Below, in pieces: positions 20,872 through 26,874 of a stretch of 26,874 nt of DNA (positions within the stretch are counted from its first letter, which is position 1; each line of letters begins with the position of its first letter). The DNA comes from Octopus sinensis (taxonomy: Eukaryota): positions 1 to 26,874 of the forward strand of contig NW_021834138.1 in the NCBI RefSeq assembly GCF_006345805.1, written 5' to 3'. A model generated the notes under the pieces. That model did no database searches, was not told where the DNA came from, and saw only the letters and a list, made by a program, of their open reading frames with translations. The translations under genes and the position numbers were made by a program.

Positions 20872-21978
20872 TCTAATATATATGCAGCTTCTAAAATACA
20901 ATTTAAGACTGAAGTCTGAGAATGTCTGCTTTCTTTAAAAAGAATGTTAAACAAAAGAGCATTCTTGTCTCGAATAAGTGGGAAAAATAACAACTACCAC
21001 TATTGCTGCGTTTAAAGATACCGACATCTTTGGAGATTATGTGAAAATATGCGATAATACGTATTGGAAAATTTTATAATTACTATTGTACTGATGCAGT
21101 TATTGTGAAAAACACACTTAAGAGATATCTGCAGTTATGTATCGGTATGAAATAATTGGTATGATAATCGTCAACAACTTGTGCTGCTGAATAGGATATT
21201 TAAATAAGGTAATAAGAAAATATAGTGAGAGCTGAACTACAGAAGAAACTCTACTTTACGCGACTGCTTCGGTCTTTAACTCATTATATATTAAAGAGGC
21301 CAAGCAGCATCCAGGTTACGACTCAGGCCGTGATATATTTATTATGAACAGACTATCATCATCCTACATTACTACATCTAGACAGACAAGTGATGTTTGT
21401 TTACAGCCACACATTAGAGATTGGTCCAGAACAATATGTTTTATCTCCAACCCATGACTCGGAGATGGAAATAGTCTAGATTTAGTTTTCATGAAATAAT
21501 CTGCTTTGAAGCCCAAAACTTATGATTATAAATTCTTTTAAAGCATTATTTTTATACATGACTGACACGCAAAGTATTGTTGTGAAATAAACTTTTCGAT
21601 GAGTTCAAATATATTTCGGATATATTTGACCCGTGAAAAGGGTCATTTTCCCTACAGTTTGCCACGGAGAAAAATTCTCGTTTTTGGTAAAAGGTGTAAA
21701 ATGCCAAAGTTGTTTTGAGAGCGCCTCTTATGATCCAAAATGTGCATTTCGAACTCTTTGTGTTCTCCAATGAGGTGGCATTTAAAAGTGCTAAATTTTG
21801 ACAATTTTAAATTAGCTAATTAACTGGTTTTAATTTTTAACTAAGATCAAGCTACCTAGAAATGTATGAGAAATGTATAAGCTTGCGGAAAATTTTTGGG
21901 TAAAAAACAAACATTAAATGTTTTGGAAAAGAAGTGAAATATAGGCAAACAACAACAGATGAATGTATTTATAGGCTA

Positions 21979-22175
21979 TCTCTCTCTATATATAAACGGC
22001 AAAATGTGTGTGTGTGTGTGTGTGTGTGTATCCTTTATACAAATCCACAATTTTTCAGTTAGAGGGCTCGCACTTTCTATGGTCATTCAAAACCGTCCAA
22101 AGATGGTCATGCACATCTTTACATTTCCCCAGTCACCCAGCAAAGCCATTAAAAATCAATAGAAGTGACTTTTTT
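21979..22175 (+). mobile_element. Helitron-type 5' end, truncated
   Basis: A^TC...TCTATATATAAACGGC followed by (GT)n, the same 5' motif as the Helitron at 8231. No GC hairpin plus CTAG-T end was found. Confidence 0.55.
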
Positions 22176-22274
22176 ACTAGCACTATGACCCTTCACCGCT
22201 TATAAACAGAAGGGTTAAGAACGAGAAATAGCAGAAAAGTTCCTTATATCTCTTCTTGATAAGGTTTGGCAAAT

Positions 22275-22810
22275 TCAAACGTGAATATCAAGTCGTTGTT
22301 ATTTTTCATCACCAGAGAACACCGCCTTCTTTAGTTGATGTTTATTCATGGCACACATGATCCATCAGTGTAAGAGGACTCTGAGACACCATATGTTTCG
22401 ACCTTATTGTGTGCCTTCTCAGTTAAGCTACCCCACAGGACCGATGAATCTTACAAGAATGCAGACTCTTGTTTATAGAAATCAATAAACAAATTATTTG
22501 CTGATGCTTGCCAAAACTGATAATAATTAATGGAATGGGGTGCGTGTAGAATAGTGAGAAACCAAACAATGACGTATCCGTTCGTTCTCACAATACGTTC
22601 TCAGAGATCCGAACGTGAATATCTGATCGCTGTTATTTTTCCTCATAGGAGAAGTTTTCCTCCATTTTTGACGACGAGTCTTCAGAACACACGCGATTCC
22701 CCGGAGTAACGGGACTTTGAGACATCTCAGTCTTGCAAGTTAATTGAGTGTCTCTTCAATCAAAGCTCTCCCGATCGGATATTCCAGACCGAATCTACTT
22801 TAATCTATTA
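22275..22810. repeat. Pair of diverged direct repeats, period about 335 bp
   Basis: ACGTGAATATC...GTTATTTTTC at 22279 and 22613; GGACT(C/T)TGAGACA at 22376 and 22712. Confidence 0.65.
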
Positions 22811-23233
22811 CGAAAGAATAGACACGCTAATTGTTAAGATTCTGCGTGGACTTAAGGAATTATTTCCTTGTATTTCTAAGTTCCCAAAACTGGTTACGTG
22901 TAACTACTTTAGACAAAAAATTAAAATATCGCAATATTTTTAACGATGGAAAATATATTTTAAATTCTTAATTAGATAAAAAGAAAATTGTGGAAATATA
23001 TTAAATCTACGTTCATTTACAAAAATAATGTACCCGAAGTAATTTGTAATTAATTGATAATCGATTAATTCTTAATGATTTGGACAATGCAACAAATTTA
23101 ACAACTTGCTTTTTTAAAAATTACATTTGTTATTAATGCAACAGGCATTAACACTGATTTTGTTAATGGTAATTTTTTTCGATCAAAGTTAGGTATAAAC
23201 TTTACATACGGTATCATTACTGATTATCATTCA

Positions 23234-23281
<48 letters not shown>

Positions 23282-23426
23282 GTGTGTGTTGTTGTGTGTG
23301 TGTGTGTGTGTTGTGTGTGTGTGTGTGCGTGCGTGCGTGTGTGTGTGTGCGCGTGCGTGTGCGTGTGTGTGTGTGTATGTGTGTGTGTGTGTGTGCGTGT
23401 ATGTGTGTGTGTATGTGTGTGTAAGA

Positions 23427-23562
23427 CAATTAGTTGGTTGTCATAATAAAACTCAAAGTTCCGGATATCGGGGCTGAAGTCTGCTCCGGCATCTCATCAG
23501 TTATCTGCATTTTTGTCTTAATATCCGAAACTCCGAGTTTTATAATGACAACCAGCTAATTG
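23427..23562. mobile_element. MITE-like foldback element, 42-bp inverted arms
   Basis: 23427-23468 versus 23521-23562 are complementary at 37 of 42 positions, with a 52-nt spacer. Confidence 0.7.
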
Positions 23563-23656
23563 TTACATATATTCATAGATAAATTCCTCTATTTTACATA
23601 GGTTTCATTCATTCTTTTGTTGTCATATTATTATTATCAATATATATATATATATC

Positions 23657-23731
<75 letters not shown>

Positions 23732-23900
23732 TATCTGATGCAAGTACTATCAATCAGGATTTTTTATAACAAACTTATGAGGTAAAATCGCAGAATCATT
23801 CTTTAAAGTTTAAATGTCTTATCCGTCGTATGACGGATAACTTTGGATTATACTTTTTCCACCAGAGGTAATATGTAAGTCAGGAAATATAACTTACATA

Positions 23901-24050
23901 GGCACGGGTATGACTGTTTGGTTAAAAAGATCGCTTGCCACACTGTGGTTCCAGGTTCGTTCCCACTGCGCGTTAACTTGGATAAGTGTCTTCTGTTATA
24001 GTCTCGGGTCAACTAGTTATTTGTGAGTGAATTTAGTAGACGGAAACAGT
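23901..24050 (+). mobile_element. SINE family B 5' half
   Basis: GGCACGGGTATGACTGTTTGGTTAAAAAG...GGTTCGTTCCCACTGCG...TTGGATAAGTGTCTTC...TTGTGAGTGAATTTAGTAGACGGAAAC. Confidence 0.8.
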
Positions 24051-24484
24051 TTACAATTTTCACTGGCAAGAACAAATCTTCTAAAACAGATTCGGAAAAT
24101 TCGAAGGGGCGCTTTGGTATACTGGTTAGACTTTCTGTCATATTAACAGATGCAGTTTCGTTTCTGGGGACAGTGCACGGGGTTTTTGTTTTTCTATCCA
24201 AGATATATTTTTTAATCCAATATTTTACACGATATTATTTCTAGCTTTATCTATTTCGAGTTCCATGGTTAAAAATAATTTAGTTCATCTCTTCAAAGTT
24301 TCTGACTATGCTTATGTAAACATCTTATAATTCTCGCTAGTAAGAACTAGTAAACTTCTAAAACAGATGGAGAAAATGCAAAGGTGTGCTTTGGTGTAAT
24401 GGTTGAAAGATCTGCAATGCTTACAGAAGACGTCGTTCTGAGACCCATGGACAGATTTCGTTTTCTTCTTTCCATTCAAGAACG

Positions 24485-24995
24485 GGGTGGATGTGCTTAT
24501 CTCCCTTGTTTGAAAACTTAAGGACACAGAGCACTTGTATCACATAGCCAACTGGAACGATGTTTCCTGGGGCTAAATAGCAGTAGCATTCTTCCTTTTC
24601 ATGGGACTGCCACATGAAGTTGGTAACAAACTATCTCTTTATCGCGCTGCTACTGTATACGTCCCTCTGAGAGATTTAGAAATGCAATATTTCTAATTTT
24701 GTAGGTCAGTGAATTTATTTCACTTGAAATTCTATAAGTTTTCAAAGGCGAATAAGCATCAAGAGCTAGGAAAGCAAGTTACTACAGACTGATGAAGAAT
24801 AATAACTCTGAAACTAGTCTCTGGATACTGGCTTTTCTGGGTGGAGGTGCTTATCTCCCCTGTTTAAAATCTTAAGGACACAGAACGCTTGTATCACATA
24901 GCCAACTGGAAACGATGTTCCCTGGGGCTAAATAGCAGTAGCATTCTTCCCTTTCATGAGACTGCCACATTAAGTTGGCAACAAGCCATCACTTT
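24485..24995 (+). mobile_element. Non-coding hammerhead-bearing retroelement (retrozyme/pLTR-like), about 1.4 monomers of 354 nt
   Basis: Direct repeats 24485-24640 and 24839-24995 (14 substitutions and 1 indel by my count), an 11-bp flanking duplication ATTCAAGAACG (24474-24484, 24996-25006), a hammerhead at 24785-24823, and no ORF. Confidence 0.75.
24785..24823 (+). ncRNA. Minimal type I hammerhead ribozyme, catalytic core intact
   Basis: CAGA-CTGATGA-AGA-ATAATAAC-TCT-GAAA-CTAG-TC-TCTG: stem I CAGA/TCTG, stem II AGA/TCT, palindromic stem III CTAG, and GUC cleavage triplet with cut after 24819. Confidence 0.85.
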
Positions 24996-25364
24996 ATTCA
25001 AGAACGATTTTACACCTACTATTCAGCGCTTTGTCATTTAAAGTTTTGTCTACTTCGAGTTCCACTGCTAAAGAGAATTTACTATATATTTCTAAACCTA
25101 ATCCTGATACAAGTATTTGTGTGCAAGACAGAATGAACAGTCAAATTATATAGCATAACAACACTTCAACAGTGTATTGGGTATTCAGTCAAAACAGTTT
25201 GAAGCAGGTATATGATAATCGATCAAATGGTTTAACGTCTGTCTTTTACATAAATGAATTTTTATCGATTTATTTTTGGTTGAAAAATTTCATAGTTTTT
25301 GCTCTTTGATTGTTATTTTAAATATAAACTTAATATCTGCATTTTGAGATTCTTTGCATCATCT

Positions 25365-25376
25365 TTATTATTATTA

Positions 25377-25412
<36 letters not shown>

Positions 25413-25440
25413 TATTATTATTATTATTATTATAATAATA
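25365..25440. repeat. (TTA)n microsatellite
   Basis: Visible. Confidence 0.95.
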
Positions 25441-25444
25441 TTTA

Positions 25445-25624
25445 AAATGCTTAGTGGCATTTCGTTCGTCTTCACGTTCTGTGTTCAAATTCCGCCGAGG
25501 TTGACTTTGCCTTTCATTCTTTCGAGGTCGATGACATAAGTACCAGTTGTGCACTGATGTCTATGTAATCGACTTACCCCCTTACGAGAACTTGTTGGCC
25601 TTGAGCCAAAATTTGAAACTATTG
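25445..25624 (+). mobile_element. SINE family A, 5'-truncated
   Basis: AAATGCTTAGTGGCATTTCG...GTTCAAATTCCGCCGAGGTTGACTTTGCCTTTCATTCTTTCGAGGTCGAT...GGCCTTGAGCCAAAATTTGAAAC. Confidence 0.85.
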
Positions 25625-25630
25625 TTCTAC

Positions 25631-25984
25631 ATAGTTGATATCGAGTACCACTTTGACCCAAGAATAATCAAGAAGGAAGGCGAAAATAGATAAATACTAC
25701 CCTCTTAAGTATGAGATAACCCGGCTATGGAAACTGAAGAAGGTAAACATAGTACCAGTTATTGCTGAATCGTTGGGGTCAGTATCAAGAAGAATATAAA
25801 GGAAATCGGAATAGAATGCCCAGTAGAACTGTTACGAAAGGTTTGCCTCCTTGGCATTGCCAGAATAGTCAGGAGAGTATTAGATAGCTGAAAAGAACAG
25901 ATAGTATGGTACTGTACGTCGCAGGCAGCAAAGCCGCTACGCCTGCGTGATTCCAGAAGTTCCAACAAAACCTGAGTTAGAAAA
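25631..25984 (+). mobile_element. Dong/R4 LINE 3' end (restriction-like endonuclease domain plus 3' UTR)
   Basis: IVDIEYHFDPRIIKKEGE/IDKYYPLKYEITRLWKLKKVNIVPVIAESLG/KNIKEIGIECPVELLRKVCLLGIARIVRRVLDS* (stop 25889-25891). This is the KY..L..E...W...V.PV...LG...LLG.A.I.R motif of R4/Dong RLE. It is followed by (TAA)n. Confidence 0.85.
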
Positions 25985-25988
25985 AATA

Positions 25989-26048
<60 letters not shown>
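25985..26048. repeat. (AAT)n microsatellite
   Basis: Visible. Confidence 0.95.
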
Positions 26049-26049
<1 letters not shown>

Positions 26050-26260
26050 TTCAAATTTTTGCCACACAGGCAGCTTGGGGGAAGGGATTAAGTCGATTAC
26101 ATCGACCCCAGTGTTTTCACTGGTACTTAATTTATCGATCGCAAGAGGATGAAATGTAAAATCGACCTCGGCGGAATTTGAACTCGGAACGTAGAGACGG
26201 GCGAAATACTGCTATTCATTTCGCCCGTTTCTCGCTAACGTTTCTACCATCTCGCCACCT
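26049..26260 (-). mobile_element. SINE family A, near full length
   Basis: Plus ATCGACCCCAGTG...TGGTACTTAATTTATCGATC...ATCGACCTCGGCGGAATTTGAACTCGGAACGT...GCTAACGTTTCTACCATCTCGCCACC. Confidence 0.88.

Positions 26261-26261
<1 letters not shown>

Positions 26262-26343
<82 letters not shown>
26262..26343. repeat. (AAT)n microsatellite
   Basis: Visible. Confidence 0.95.
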
Positions 26344-26345
<2 letters not shown>

Positions 26346-26874
26346 TGATGATATTTGAAACATCCGTTGAATTCTGCATCATTCCAATGTCTTGCTAAGT
26401 GTCACCTTGATATCTGAGGCAAAATTTGATAATACGCACATTTGATAATCATTGGCTTACAACTGTCACAATAAGACATAAACGAAGCAGTAAATATTTT
26501 TGAAATGTATTTAAATAATGCCCTACTCAAGACATGTCACTTATTATTTTCTGTATTTCTTGCTGTAGGGTGGCCTTTCATGAACCAAATCCAAATACCT
26601 CCCTGTTCACTTTTCTACCATTCCAAATACACCGACTATCAATGGTATTGTACAGGTCTTAAGATGCTACATTTTTAAAAATGTCAATAGTCAAATCTTT
26701 ATATTTACTGAGCTATCAGAACTCTTTCCAGAAAATATTACTATCAGGCTGTATGCATACACACACATATTGAAATATATATTTATATCTATACATACAT
26801 TACCAACGCCACAGCAAGGACCAGCCCCAAAGTCGGATCTACGATTTAAATTGGAATTGGTACTTGCATACCTC

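Larger units (their letters stand above)
24075..25090. repeat. Old tandem duplication of about 277 bp; second unit interrupted by the 24485-24995 insertion
   Basis: CTTCTAAAACAGAT...GCTTTGGT at about 24079 and 24355; ATTTTACAC and CTA(T/C)TTCGAGTTCCA at about 24222/24251 and 25007/25050. Confidence 0.65.

Noticed and set aside
21264-21307. Imperfect hairpin considered as pre-miRNA (also 18690-18715)
   Set aside because: Too short for a canonical precursor, and such hairpins are expected by chance.
21550-21960. Segment with small hairpins (CAAATATAT/ATATATTTG, GACCC/GGGTC) that may be a DNA-transposon subterminus
   Set aside because: No terminal inverted repeats, TSD or coding remnant could be defined.
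24421-24455. TACAGA-AGA..TCT-GAGAC as a hammerhead with CTGATGA deleted ahead of the first repeat
   Set aside because: It lies outside the TSD and aligns instead with the host 277-bp duplication, so the resemblance is coincidental.
26569-26667. Possible plus-strand exon (WPFMNQIQIPPCSLFYHSKYTDYQWYCT) after a good acceptor
   Set aside because: The donor is weak (GTCTTA or GTATTG) and I recognise no homology.

Overview
AT-rich, repeat-dominated eukaryotic genomic DNA. It is probably octopus/coleoid cephalopod, inferred from the two tRNA-derived SINE families I recognise, Dong/R4, Penelope and CR1-type retroelement debris, and very dense TA/TACA/AAT microsatellites. No host protein-coding gene can be called with confidence. 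Nearly all listed ORFs are microsatellite read-throughs or decayed retrotransposon fragments, and only a few isolated splice-signal candidates remain. The window contains about 15 SINE copies, 4 Penelope-like (PLE) fragments, 2 CR1-type LINE fragments, 5' and 3' pieces of Dong/R4 LINEs, a complete non-autonomous Helitron plus a second Helitron 5' end, two foldback palindromes and a 33/66-bp minisatellite. Two items stand out. (1) A 511-bp non-coding insertion at 24485-24995 is flanked by an 11-bp target-site duplication and consists of about 1.4 copies of a 354-nt monomer carrying an intact minimal hammerhead ribozyme. This is retrozyme-like; a related degenerate copy lies next to a PLE ORF, and three further decayed hammerhead-like motifs occur elsewhere. 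(2) An 18S rRNA-derived copy at 18843-19212 has its 5' part inverted with a 17-bp duplication, the geometry expected from twin-primed retrotransposition. All family assignments come from motif recognition by eye, not database searches.
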